DNA from: Eledone cirrhosa
Lineage: Eukaryota
DNA length: 25,525 bases
Assembly: GCA_964016885.1 (NCBI GenBank)
Contig: CAXHJY010001190.1
Coordinates: 1-25,525 of the forward strand
Reading direction: 5' to 3'
Shown: positions 1 through 13,967 of the stretch, piece after piece
Layout: each line of letters begins with the position of its first letter
How positions within the stretch are numbered: position 1 is the first letter of the stretch
Position numbers and translations under genes: made by a program
The notes under the pieces: generated by a model
What the model was told of the DNA's origin: nothing
Database searches by the model: none
Seen by the model: the letters and a program-made list of their open reading frames with translations, nothing else

Positions 1-1059
1 GTCAAATGACCAGTTGTTTTGTTGTTTATACGTGACCGCCAAAGGTCTAACAAAAAACGGATAAAGTCTGACATGGGCGAGGTTGCTGTTCTTGCATTAA
101 ATGTTAATGGTAAGCGTTGTAGCTGTGAACGAAGCTATTATGGTAGTTTACCAGTGCTGGCGAGAAAATGATGGCCCCCAGATGTATTGTCGAATGTGCT
201 GTGGAGCCAGGAAAAAATGGCTGGTTGCTTTGTAAAGAACAAAAGGCAAGTTTAATCTGTAGGTGGGTTGCAGTGTAAATTCCATAATTCGGGCGAATCC
301 ACAGAAGTGGCCGAAATGCTAACAAGTCCAGTTCAATTTGTTGCTTTCCCAGCGAGTCGGGCAAAAACAACAAGACGGATGGCCGTCATGGACGATCAGT
401 GTGCAACGAGATGCGAAGCTGTTTGAGTTCAGCGGCAATTAGTATTCTCGTGTTGCGGTGACTGTTTGAATCCAGTGGATTAAGCTCTGTGAGCTGCCAG
501 CATCTCAACCAGGTGAAAAGGGACTCGCAGAATATTACGTTTGAAGAACATATACCAAGAACATGTTGGTGTGTGATAAAAAAAATGTGTGCATATGCAG
601 GCATGTAAAACAGCAAAGAATGTGAATGAACAAAAACCATGAGCAAGCAAATAGCAAAAGAGCATAAAACAAGTAAATGCATTCTACAAAGAAATATGTG
701 AATGTAACAAACTGATAATTCAAAGTCAATCTAGGGGAGCAGAGAAATTGCTCAATAAGTTCAAAGTTTTTCAAAGTCAAATAGTTCACACATCACCAGT
801 GTACAGACACTAGTTCTATCTGAAAACTTAAAAAGAAGTTTGTTAATGCCGTTAGGGGTTAGATGTATGGTGTTTTTGTGAGATTTCGTGGCCATTTTCC
901 CGTCCCGCCACACGGTTGTGTTGCTTATTGTTAAAGCAAAGTCAAAGAATCTTCTGTAGAGTAGGAGTCACCAAATATGGCAGTCACGTCTGACGCCATA
1001 ATGGTGAGAAAACTACTGTCTCAATTTCTCGCGTCCCTGTGGTAACGAGACAGAAGGTA

Positions 1060-1188
1060 TGGTGGTTGCGTCGGTAAAGTTACAAGCCGTTTCGAAATTT
1101 CCGATGTGTGGTGGTTGCGTCGGTAAAGTTAGAAGCCGTTTTGAAATTTCCGATGTGTGGTGGTTGGCGTTGGTAAGGTTATGAAGCT
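1060..1188. repeat. 49-bp tandem repeat, ~2.6 copies
   Basis: The unit tggtggttgcgtcggtaaagtta(c/g)aagccgttt(c/t)gaaatttccgatgtg starts at 1060 and 1109, with a diverged partial copy at 1158. Confidence 0.9.
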
Positions 1189-1672
1189 GCCACTCACTGT
1201 TCCCTGTATTGGTCAGTGGTTAAACAACGCTGTCGCTGCTGCTGTCATTGTTGTTGTCAAGCGTAGCCATGACATGTCGGTAGCCATCTTGAAATTTTTT
1301 CGTGGCGAAAAAGTCTTTGAAATACTGCTAATTTAAAAAAAATCTTAAAAGGAATATTCTGGATTTTCGCAAGTTGCGACGTGGCAATAAAAGTTAAACT
1401 GAATGAATAAGAAGGGCTGCGTGATATTCTTACGTCGGTCACCACTTTAGCAGTATTAGTTGTAGATGTTATCGAGATGCAAGTGACATAATAACAGCAG
1501 AAATTAGAGATGAAATAAACGTTTATTTTTTGATGTAGCACAAACAATGGTGTTGTACGGAGGCTGGTATCTGGCGTGTGATCCGTCGGCGTTCCAGTGG
1601 CTGTCTGTCTTTTCTTTCTCTGGCGTTCTCAACCGGCGTTGTTCGATCAAGGAGCGTGAGGCGTTGTACTAC

Positions 1673-3843
1673 ATATGTATGTATTTATATATATATATGT
1701 ATGTATTTATATATATATATATATGTATGTATTTATATATATATATATATATATGTATGTATTTATATATATATATATATATGTATGTATTTATATATAT
1801 ATATATATATGTATGTATTTATATATATATATATATATGTATGTATTTATATATATATATATATATGTATGTATTTATATATATATATATATGTATGTAT
1901 TTATATATATATATATATGTATGTATTTATATATATATATATATGTATGTATTTATATATATATATATATGTATGTATTTATATATATATATATATGTAT
2001 GTATTTATATATATATATATATGTATGTATTTATATATATATATATATGTATGTATTTATATATATATATATATGTATGTATTTATATATATATATATAT
2101 GTATGTATTTATATATATATATATATGTATGTATTTATATATATATATATATGTATGTATTTATATATATATATATATGTATGTATTTATATATATATAT
2201 ATATGTATGTATTTATATATATATATATATGTATGTATTTATATATATATATATATGTATGTATTTATATATATATATATATGTATGTATTTATATATAT
2301 ATATATATGTATGTATTTATATATATATATATATGTATGTATTTATATATATATATATATGTATGTATTTATATATATATATATATGTATGTATTTATAT
2401 ATATATATATATGTATGTATTTATATATATATATATATGTATGTATTTATATATATATATATATGTATGTATTTATATATATATATATATGTATGTATTT
2501 ATATATATATATATATGTATGTATTTATATATATATATATATGTATGTATTTATATATATATATATATGTATGTATTTATATATATATATATATGTATGT
2601 ATTTATATATATATATATATGTATGTATTTATATATATATATATATGTATGTATTTATATATATATATATATGTATGTATTTATATATATATATATATGT
2701 ATGTATTTATATATATATATATATGTATGTATTTATATATATATATATATGTATGTATTTATATATATATATATATGTATGTATTTATATATATATATAT
2801 ATATGTATGTATTTATATATATATATATATATGTATGTATTTATATATATATATATATATGTATGTATTTATATATATATATATATATGTATGTATTTAT
2901 ATATATATATATATGTATGTATTTATATATATATATATATGTATGTATTTATATATATATATATATGTATGTATTTATATATATATATATATGTATGTAT
3001 TTATATATATATATATATGTATGTATTTATATATATATATATATGTATGTATTTATATATATATATATGTATGTATTTATATATATATATATATGTATGT
3101 ATTTATATATATATATATATGTATGTATTTATATATATATATATATGTATGTATTTATATATATATATATATGTATGTATTTATATATATATATATGTAT
3201 GTATTTATATATATATATATGTATGTATTTATATATATATATATGTATGTATATTTATATATATATATATATGTATGTATTTATATATATATATATATGT
3301 ATGTATTTATATATATATATATATGTATTTATATATATATATATATGTATGTATTTATATATATATATATATATGTATTTATTTATATATATATATATAT
3401 ATGTATTTATATATATATATATATATGTATGTATTTATATATATATATATATATGTATGTATTTATATATATATATATATATGTATGTATTTATATATAT
3501 ATATATATATGTATGTATTTATATATATATATATATATGTATGTATTTATATATATATATATATGTATGTATTTATATATATATATATATATGTATGTAT
3601 TTATATATATATATGTATGTATTTATATATATATATATATATGTATGTATTTATATATATATATATATATATGTATGTATTTATATATATATATATATAT
3701 GTATGTATTTATATATATATATATATGTATGTATTTATATATATATATATATATGTATGTATTTATATATATATATATATATGTATGTATTTATATATAT
3801 ATATATATATGTATGTATTTATATATATATATATATATGTATG

Positions 3844-3874
<31 letters not shown>

Positions 3875-4329
3875 TTATATATATATATATATATGTATGT
3901 ATATATATATATATATATGTATGTATTTATATATATATATATATATGTATGTATATATATATATATATATGTATGTATTTATATATATATATATATATGT
4001 ATGTATTTATATATATATATATGTATGTATTTATATATATATATATGTATGTATTTATATATATATATATGTATGTATTTATATATATATATATATATAT
4101 GTATGTATTTATATATATATATATATGTATGTATTTATATATATATATATATGTATGTATTTATATATATATATATATGTATGTATTTATATATATATAT
4201 ATATATATGTATGTATTTATATATATATATATATATATGTATGTATTTATATATATATATATATGTATTTATATATATATATATATATATGTATGTATTT
4301 ATATATATATATATATATATGTATGTATT

Positions 4330-4360
<31 letters not shown>

Positions 4361-4481
4361 TTATATATATATATATATATATGTATGTATTTATATATAT
4401 ATATATATATATGTATGTATTTATATATATATATATATATATGTATGTATTTATATATATATATATATATATGTATGTATT

Positions 4482-4514
<33 letters not shown>

Positions 4515-4541
4515 TTATATATATATATATATATATGTATG

Positions 4542-4616
<75 letters not shown>

Positions 4617-5555
4617 TTATATATATATATATATATGTATGTATTTATATATATATATATATATGTATGTATTTATATATATATATATATATATATGTAT
4701 TTATATATATATATATATATGTATGTATTTATATATATATATATATGTATGTATTTATATATATATATATATATGTATGTATTTATATATATATATATAT
4801 ATGTATGTATTTATATATATATATATATATGTATGTATTTATATATATATATATATGTATGTATTTATATATATATATATATATGTATGTATTTATATAT
4901 ATATATATATATATGTATGTATTTATATATATATATATATATATGTATGTATTTATATATATATATATATATGTATGTATTTATATATATATATATATAT
5001 GTATGTATTTATATATATATGTATGTATTTATATATGTATGTATTTATATATATATATATATATGTATGTATTTATATATATATATATATATGTATGTAT
5101 TTATATATATATATATATATGTATGTATTTATATATATATATATATATGTATGTATTTATATATATATATATATATATGTATGTATTTATATATATATAT
5201 ATATATATGTATGTATTTATATATATATATATATATATGTATGTATTTATATATATATATATATATATGTATGTATTTATATATATATATATATATATGT
5301 ATGTATTTATATATATATATATATATATGTATGTATTTATATATATATATATATATGTATGTATTTATATATATATATATATGTATGTATTTATATATAT
5401 ATATATATGTATGTATTTATATATATATATATATGTATGTATTTATATATATATATATATATATGTATGTATTTATATATATATATATATGTATTTATAT
5501 ATATATATATATATATGTATGTATTTATATATATATATATATATATGTATGTATT

Positions 5556-5586
<31 letters not shown>

Positions 5587-5587
5587 T

Positions 5588-5618
<31 letters not shown>

Positions 5619-5679
5619 TTATATATATATATATATATATGTATGTATTTATATATATATATATATATATGTATGTATT

Positions 5680-5712
<33 letters not shown>

Positions 5713-5741
5713 TTATATATATATATATATATGTATGTATT

Positions 5742-5810
<69 letters not shown>

Positions 5811-5811
5811 T

Positions 5812-5844
<33 letters not shown>

Positions 5845-5875
5845 TTATATATATATATATATATATGTATGTATT

Positions 5876-5906
<31 letters not shown>

Positions 5907-6533
5907 TTATATATATATATATATATGTATGTATTTATATATATATATATATATGTATGTATTTATATATATATATATATATGTATGTATTTATATATAT
6001 ATATATATGTATGTATTTATATATATATATATATATGTATGTATTTATATATATATATATATATGTATGTATTTATATATATATATATATATATATGTAT
6101 TTATATATATATATATATATGTATGTATTTATATATATATATATATATGTATGTATTTATATATATATATATATGTATGTATTTATATATATATATATAT
6201 GTATGTATTTATATATATATATATATATGTATGTATTTATATATATATATATATATGTATGTATTTATATATATATATATATATGTATGTATTTATATAT
6301 ATATATATATGTATGTATTTATATATATATATATATATGTATGTATTTATATATATATATATATATGTATGTATTTATATATATATATATATATATATGT
6401 ATTTATATATATATATATATATGTATGTATTTATATATATATATATATGTATGTATTTATATATATATATATATGTATGTATTTATATATATATATATAT
6501 ATGTATGTATTTATATATATATATGTATGTATT

Positions 6534-6564
<31 letters not shown>

Positions 6565-6675
6565 TTATATATATATATGTATGTATTTATATATATATAT
6601 ATATATGTATGTATTTATATATATATATATATATATGTATGTATTTATATATATATATATATATATGTATGTATT

Positions 6676-6706
<31 letters not shown>

Positions 6707-6733
6707 TTATATATATATATATATGTATGTATT

Positions 6734-6764
<31 letters not shown>

Positions 6765-6873
6765 TTATATATATATATATATGTATGTATTTATATATAT
6801 ATATATATGTATGTATTTATATATATATATATATGTATGTATTTATATATATATATATATATATGTATGTATT

Positions 6874-6904
<31 letters not shown>

Positions 6905-8132
6905 TTATATATATATATATATATGTATGTATTTATATATATATATATATATGTATGTATTTATATATATATATATATATGTATGTATTTATATATATAT
7001 ATATATATGTATGTATTTATATATATATATATATATGTATGTATTTATATATATATATATATATATGTATGTATTTATATATATATATATATATGTATGT
7101 ATTTATATATATATATATATATGTATGTATTTATATATATATATATATATGTATGTATTTATATATATATATATATGTATGTATTTATATATATATATAT
7201 ATGTATGTATTTATATATATATATATATGTATGTATTTATATATATATATATGTATGTATTTATATATATATATATGTATGTATTTATATATATATGTAT
7301 GTATTTATATATATATGTATGTATTTATATATATATGTATGTATTTATATATATATGTATGTATTTATATATATATATGTATGTATTTATATATATATAT
7401 GTATGTATTTATATATATATATATATGTACGTATTTATATATATATATATATGTACGTATTTATATATATATATATATGTACGTATTTATATATATATAT
7501 ATATGTACGTATTTATATATATATATATATGTACGTATTTATATATATATATATATGTACGTATTTATATATATATATATATGTACGTATTTATATATAT
7601 ATATATATGTACGTATTTATATATATATATATATGTACGTATTTATATATATATATATATGTACGTATTTATATATATATATATATGTACGTATTATATA
7701 TATATATATATGTACGTATTTATATATATATATATATATGTACGTATTTATATATATATATATATATGTACGTATTTATATATATTTATATATATGTATG
7801 TATTTATATATATATATATATGTACGTATTTATATATATATATATATGTACGTATTTATATATATGTATATATATATGTATTTATATATATGTATATATA
7901 TATGTATTTATATATATGTATATATATATGTATTTATATATATGTATATATATATGTATTTATATATATGTATATATATATGTATTTATATATATGTATA
8001 TATATATGTATTTATATATATGTATATATATATGTATTTATATATATGTATATATATATGTATATATATATATGTATATATATATGTATTTATATATATA
8101 TATATATATGTATTTATATATATATATATATA
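1673..8132. repeat. ~6.5-kb TA-derived minisatellite, unit GTATGTATTT(AT)n, modal period 26-28 bp
   Basis: Directly visible. There is a homogeneous 26-bp block at 1867-2777, variable (AT)n lengths in the middle, a GTACGTATTT variant at 7427-7857, and a 12+14 bp dimer unit from 7866. Confidence 0.98.
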
Positions 8133-8197
8133 AAGTAAAATATTAAAAAAATAATGAATAAAACAATGAAACAGTTCCTTATATTAAACAAAAAAAG

Positions 8198-8351
8198 TTC
8201 ATTATTTAACGATCGTTTCTAGGATATATATGTGTTAGAATTGGCATGCATATTCAACAGATCTATGTACAAAATTATACAAAATTATACAAACTATCAA
8301 AATTAAATATACATACCAACACATATATATGCCGTCTTCAGAAATAATGAA
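8198..8351 (-). ncRNA. Type I hammerhead ribozyme HHR-C with a greatly extended stem II
   Basis: Minus strand reads UUCAUUAUUU-CUGAAGA-[115-nt stem II domain]-GAAA-CGAUCG-UU-AAAUAAUGAA. Stem I has 10 bp, stem III is minimal with a palindromic GAUC loop, and the cleavage triplet is GUU. Stem II contains a 15-bp helix (8224-8238/8316-8330), but its base is imperfect. Confidence 0.8.
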
Positions 8352-8636
8352 ATATATTTATTGATAATAACACAATTCAAAATTACAGGTCTGTTTGGGA
8401 ACAGAATTCAAATTGACCAATGAAAATACAAAAAGTTTATACAGTTAAGTGTGTGTATATATGTAATTAACTTCGTTCACAGATATGCATAAAGATGTAT
8501 GTTCACATGCATACGCTTGCCAAAAAGATGTATGTAAATATAAAAATTCAAGGCTAATGTCTCTGCATGTTTATAATCTACAGATAAAATACGTATAAAA
8601 ACAAATATACACACACATTTTTATATACGTATATTC

Positions 8637-8928
8637 ACACACACACGCGCGTATACGCATAAAAATACACACAACCACGAACATACATACACACACACAC
8701 CCCCCCACGCACATATATATGTGTGTGTGTATATACTATTATCATAAGCATATGGACATTAATGCGCGCACATAAACACTACCACACATATTTAGATCCA
8801 GATACAGAAAGTAGGTGGGGGGCGGGGAGAGGTCAGTATTTGGAGGTGTCAGCAAGCTGCCTATTTATAAATGTATCTATAAATTTAGAAATAAAAAGAA
8901 AAGAAAAATAAAAAAGAAATATATCAAG

Positions 8929-8973
<45 letters not shown>

Positions 8974-9025
8974 CTAGACACATATATAAACACACTCATG
9001 TATATACACACATATACATACCCAC

Positions 9026-9070
<45 letters not shown>

Positions 9071-9071
9071 T

Positions 9072-9105
<34 letters not shown>

Positions 9106-9181
9106 ATATATACACACACATATATATATATATACACACACACACATACATACACACACATACACATACACATATATAAAG

Positions 9182-9240
<59 letters not shown>

Positions 9241-9255
9241 TAATATAAATAAATA

Positions 9256-9313
<58 letters not shown>

Positions 9314-9551
9314 TACTCACACACACATACACACATACATATACGCACATATACACATACATACATATTCATGTATGCGTATATACATACAAACACCACC
9401 ACACGCTCACACAACTCAGACATACATAAATAAAGGGATATACATACACATATATACATATATAAATAGAGATACATATACACATATAAATATATACACA
9501 CGTACACACGCAAACACACATACATATATATACACACACATACACACATAC

Positions 9552-9592
<41 letters not shown>

Positions 9593-9842
9593 TATATACA
9601 TATATACATATACACATACATACACATACACACATATATACATATATATAAAAAAATGAAGAAATAAAATAATGAAATAAAATAAATAAATAAATAAATT
9701 AATACACTCAGTCAGACAAATATGCACACACATACACATACATATATATATATATACACATACATACACACATATATACACATATATATATATATATACA
9801 TACACATACATACATATATATATACACATACACACATCAACT

Positions 9843-9883
<41 letters not shown>

Positions 9884-10047
9884 TACATATATATACACAC
9901 ACACTCACATATACATGCGCACATACGTACATATATACACATACACATACATACACATAGACATATACATGTGCATACATATACATACACTCATATACCC
10001 ACATAAATATATAGATACATATATATATACAGATACACATACTCACA

Positions 10048-10115
<68 letters not shown>

Positions 10116-10230
10116 ATCATACACCCTTATTTACATGCGCACATATGTATTTTTATACTCACATACAAACACCCAAACATACATACCTACCTATATATAC
10201 ATACATACATCCACGTTTACAAATACAAAT
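8637..10230. repeat. Compound (CA)n/(TA)n/(CATA)n microsatellite region
   Basis: Directly visible. It is interrupted by C on the + strand and includes short A-rich spacers. Confidence 0.9.
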
Positions 10231-10289
10231 AATAATAGTAGGGGGGGGGGGAAGGGGATTATAGTAAATATAGGTTTCATGAAACATAG

Positions 10290-11335
10290 AATATTAATCT
10301 GTATTTAGATCATAATATGCGTTTACATAGTAGTTTCAGTATTAGGAAATGTAAGAAAGAAGGCAAAATTATGCATTTCAATATAAGTATACCATTAATT
10401 ATAGGTTAACTAAATTAAAGATAGTTAATATAATGATTTCTAAGGTGTATAATACTTAGGTTTATAATATTTGAAGCGGAATTTTGAAGTTAAATAGTAG
10501 TAGGGTATTAATTATAGTATAACTAAATTAAAATTATTAACGTTATGGTATCTATATTAGGAAATGAATTTAGTAATAAGGAAAAAACAAATAAAGTATT
10601 ACATCGGTAGTAGAATATAAATTCTAGGTTAACGAAATTAAAAATTATATATTAATTTCTATAGTATATGTTAATTAGGTTTATAATAATTAAAACAGAT
10701 ATTGTATTTTATCCATAGTAGAATATAATTATAGGTAAACAGAAATTAAAATTAATACATACACACATACATATACATATACATATATATATATATATAT
10801 ATACACATACATATACATATTTTTTCAAAAATTGCAAAGAATATATTAACTAGGTATACATCCAAAACCTATCTCAGTCTATGATTACATGACACTCTGC
10901 AATGCATCTGTATTAGGATATTAATTTTAAGCCAATTAAATTAAGTTTTTAGGTTAACCAAATTTAAAACCAAATTATAAATATATTTCTAAAATGTACA
11001 TTAATTAGGTCTATAATACTAAAAATTATTTCTCTGTCATTGAATACACGATATTTTGTTATATTTTATCTGTAAAGGAATTTTAATAAAAGGTTAAATA
11101 AATTAAAATTAATCTATAAATTAATTTACGAAGTATATATTAGTAATATTTAAAAGTTTTTCATAATTTATGATTACACAATATTTTATAATCTCATCTG
11201 TAGTAGAATTTTAATTAAATTAAATTTATAGGTTAACTAACATTTAAATTAAAATATATATTAATTTCTAGAATAATGTTATTAATTAGGTTTATAATAT
11301 TTAAATGTTTTTCTTAGTTTATGATTACACGATAT
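10290..11335. repeat. Degenerate tandem array (~110-150 bp units) derived from the last codons and stop region of the PLE-1 ORF
   Basis: The blocks ataggttaactaa-attaaaa, atttcta, ttaattaggtttataatattt and tttatgattacac recur near 10400, 10625, 10730, 10950, 11090 and 11228. The last copy overlaps the ORF stop at 11282. Confidence 0.7.
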
Positions 11336-12508
11336 AATTAATTCCTGTCGTTTATTTAATAGGATATCCTTAGATTTCATTATTTCAAATAGTTCTTGGG
11401 AACATAATCTACATTCATTTCTATTATTTTGATAAGGGGTGGCTCTTTTGAGCACACTCCAGGTCATATCATATTCTATATTCTTATTTTTATAACTATT
11501 GATTTTTTCTGCTAGAGATGTTGTATTAGCCAGTGCGGCATTTTTAAAACTATGTTTGTGGGTATTAAACCTTGCTTTAAAATTGTTAGAAGTAGCTCCT
11601 ATATATGAACAAATAGAATCTTTAGTTTTAACATTACATTTATAAACTATGTTGTTAACAAGACAATTTCCTTTTAATGGGCAGTTTGCTTTGTTTCTAC
11701 AGTTACAACCTTTCGTTAATTCTGTATTTGAGGAGATATTATGGTTAGTTTGATGTATTGGTGGTATACTTATGGTATTCTTACATTTATATGCATTATA
11801 GGCACTTATATTTTGTTTTATGTTATTTGTTGTTGAGTATGAGAATTTAACTGTAGACCTATTTAAGATTTGATGGTATTTGTGGTTTGGCGGGAAGTTT
11901 TTCTCCAGGATATAAAAAATTTTTTTAGCAATATTATCCTTAATTTGTAAATTAAATGGAGCATTATACCAAGTAACCCGTCTATTACGGTTTCTATGTT
12001 GTTTATTATTTTTATAGGTTGTATCGTGATGTTTACTAGGAGGATTAATGTTAATGATCTCACCACGCACATTTTTAGTTAGATTTGTAGATTTAGGTGT
12101 TTTATCTTGTTTATTAGGAGTTTTATTATTAACATTTATTAGAGTTGTATGATGAGTAGTTTTTTGAGAGTTACTATACTTTATATTAGAAGAGTTGTTG
12201 GTATTTTGGGGTATAGTGTGGGTGGCATTTAGGTGTGTACTTTTCATTTGGTGTTTGTTGGTAATATTAGGTTGTATGTTTATAGTATTTTTAGTAGAAG
12301 GTATATATTCTAATCTATTTTTGTGGCCACTTCTATCTAGAGCTTCATTATAAAAGGTCGCATTTTTATCAAATATATCTTGGTTAGAAGAAAGGTTAGA
12401 AATTCTAAGTGATATATTATATGCAAGGTTTTTAAGGATAGATTTAGGGTGATTAGATTGTGAGTGTATGTAGTGTAAGTTTTGGTTGGGTTTATGGTAA
12501 GGTTGGTA
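11282..12508 (-). pseudogene. 5'-truncated PLE ORF: RT thumb, N/T/K/H-rich linker and GIY-YIG endonuclease
   Basis: The track ORF 11282-12247 stays open upstream to ~12508 (YQPYHKPNQNLHYIHSQSNHPKSILKNL...RISNLSSNQDIFDKNATFYNEALDRSG), which is homologous to the PLE-2 thumb. Endonuclease motifs are WYNAPF, CNCRNKANCPLKGNC, NIVY..YIG, FKARFNTH, CRLC..E, LLNKRQE and SCNH. Confidence 0.9.
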
Positions 12509-12509
12509 G

Positions 12510-12548
12510 ATATATATATATATATATATATGTATTTATATATATATA

Positions 12549-12586
<38 letters not shown>
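12510..12586. repeat. (TA)n microsatellite at the PLE-1 5' truncation point
   Basis: Directly visible. Confidence 0.95.
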
Positions 12587-12589
<3 letters not shown>

Positions 12590-12683
12590 TAGTCGATCGA
12601 CTTTCGTCAAATCGGACCGAGGAAACTATGTTTCCGTTGGTTTTTCCAATTGCTAATACTATCTATCGGTCGCAACTCCAGGT

Positions 12684-12754
12684 AGAAGGAGCAACGTGAA
12701 ATAAAGTGTCTTGCTCAAGGACATAACGCATCGCCTGGTTCAGGAATCGAACTC
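12684..12754 (-). mobile_element. tRNA-derived, CORE-like SINE fragment
   Basis: The minus strand has a Pol III B-box GAGTTCGATTCC (12743-12754) followed by TGTCCTTGAGCAAGACACTT, which resembles the CORE-SINE conserved motif. The A-box side is replaced by a TA repeat. Confidence 0.7.
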
Positions 12755-13250
12755 ATATATATATATGTATTTATATATATATATATATATATATATGTAT
12801 TTATATATATATATATATATGTATTTATATATGTATTTATATATATATATATGTATTTATATATGTATTTATATATATATATATATATGTATTTATATAT
12901 GTATTTATATATATATATATATATGTATTTATATATGTATTTATATATATATATATATGTATTTATATATGTATTTATATATATATATATATGTATTTAT
13001 ATATGTATTTATATATATATATGTATTTATATATGTATTTATATATATATATATATGTATTTATATATGTATTTATATATATATATATATGTATTTATAT
13101 ATGTATTTATATATATATATATATGTATTTATATATGTATATATATATGTATTTATATATTTATATATGTATATATATATGTATTTATATATTTATATAT
13201 GTATTTATATATTTATATATGTATTTATATATATATATATGTATATGTAT
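12755..13250. repeat. TA minisatellite, GTATTT(AT)n units
   Basis: Directly visible; short and long units alternate. Confidence 0.95.
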
Positions 13251-13490
13251 ATATAAGTATGTACACGTACATACACATATGTATACCGACGTACAGTAGT
13301 ATGTGTATTTATATATATATATATGTATATGTATATATAAGTATGTACACGTACATACACATATGTATACCGACGTACAGTAGTATGTGTATTTATATAT
13401 ATATATATGTATATGTATATATAAGTATGTACACGTACATACACATATGTATACCGACGTACAGTAGTATGTATATATATATATATACAT
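13251..13490. repeat. 84-bp tandem repeat, 3 copies, with a fourth displaced copy at ~13843
   Basis: taagtatgtacacgtacatacacatatgtataccgacgtacagtagtatgt starts at 13254, 13338, 13422 and 13846. Confidence 0.93.
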
Positions 13491-13958
13491 ACATGCACAC
13501 ATATATATATGCACGTATGGATTCACCGAACATTTATTATAATGCTCGGTGTGTTTGTAAACAAACACCCCGTATTAAGCCGTAGTGTCTAGCAACCACC
13601 GTTGCTCGTTTGTTCAACACTGACAAAGGAACGCTGTACTAGTTTCAAGCTTGTTAGCTATCGTCAGCAACGTATACCGTCCTGCCAGATTGTTGAACGT
13701 ATATACTTACCTTATGCATATTAACGGCTGAGTAGCCCAATTTGCATATCGAGTGGGTTAATCGGCCGGGTGCACCGAAAACGATAAACGGAAAAAATGA
13801 AACGATATTTCATTTCCCACTCTTAGTAAGGCTGTTACTTAAATATAAGTATGTACACGTACATACACATATGTATACCGACGTACAGTAGTATGTATAT
13901 ATATATATATACATACATGCACACATATATATATATGCACGTATGGATTCACCGAACA
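13419..13958 (-). mobile_element. Small non-coding HHR-bearing element (retrozyme-like or PLE pLTR-like), ~425-bp unit bounded by ~115-bp direct repeats
   Basis: 13419-13532 is repeated at 13843-13958. The ~310-bp core between the repeats contains HHR-E and several hairpins and has no credible ORF. Confidence 0.55.
13612..13698 (-). ncRNA. Type I hammerhead ribozyme HHR-E (core 13631-13673)
   Basis: Minus strand reads ACGUUG-CUGACGA-U-AGCU-AACA-AGCU-U-GAAA-CUAG-UA-CAGCGU, giving a palindromic ACUAGU stem III and a GUA triplet. Stem I extends through GGA/UCC, CUGGCA/UGUCAG and GUUCAACA/UGUUGAAC. There is a U-U mismatch at the base of stem II. Confidence 0.85.
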
Positions 13959-13967
13959 CACAGAAAC

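Larger units (their letters stand above)
8133..12509 (-). mobile_element. Penelope-like retroelement PLE-1, 5'-truncated (thumb + GIY-YIG ORF, long 3' region, terminal hammerhead)
   Basis: The ORF remnant is at 11282-12508 (-), a same-strand HHR at 8198-8351 lies ~65 nt from the TA tract, and both ends abut TA repeats. Linking the HHR to this ORF across ~2.9 kb of low-complexity DNA is inferred by analogy with PLE-2. Confidence 0.65.

Noticed and set aside
1-1050. Short ORFs (104-373, 386-682, 480-665, 535-789) in moderately GC-rich unique DNA
   Set aside because: I recognised no motif in any frame. The region may be decayed transposon or intergenic DNA and cannot be assigned without a database search.
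1547-8146. Three ~2,200-aa ORFs, and similar IYIY/YTHI ORFs at 8.8-10.2, 12.7-14.6 and 18.1-25.2 kb
   Set aside because: TA-based repeats lack stop codons in several frames at once, so these are translation artefacts with no domain content.
12590-12680. Half-hammerhead on the minus strand (GAC-GAAA-GUCGAUCGAC-UA with a palindromic stem III, next to the hairpin ggaaac-tat-gtttcc and a TA tract)
   Set aside because: There is no CUGANGA box and no convincing stem I. It is possibly a decayed eighth HHR but is not supportable.
13251-13958. CRISPR-like appearance of repeated ~50-bp blocks
   Set aside because: The intervening sequences are identical TA-rich DNA rather than unique spacers, there are no cas genes, and the context is eukaryotic.
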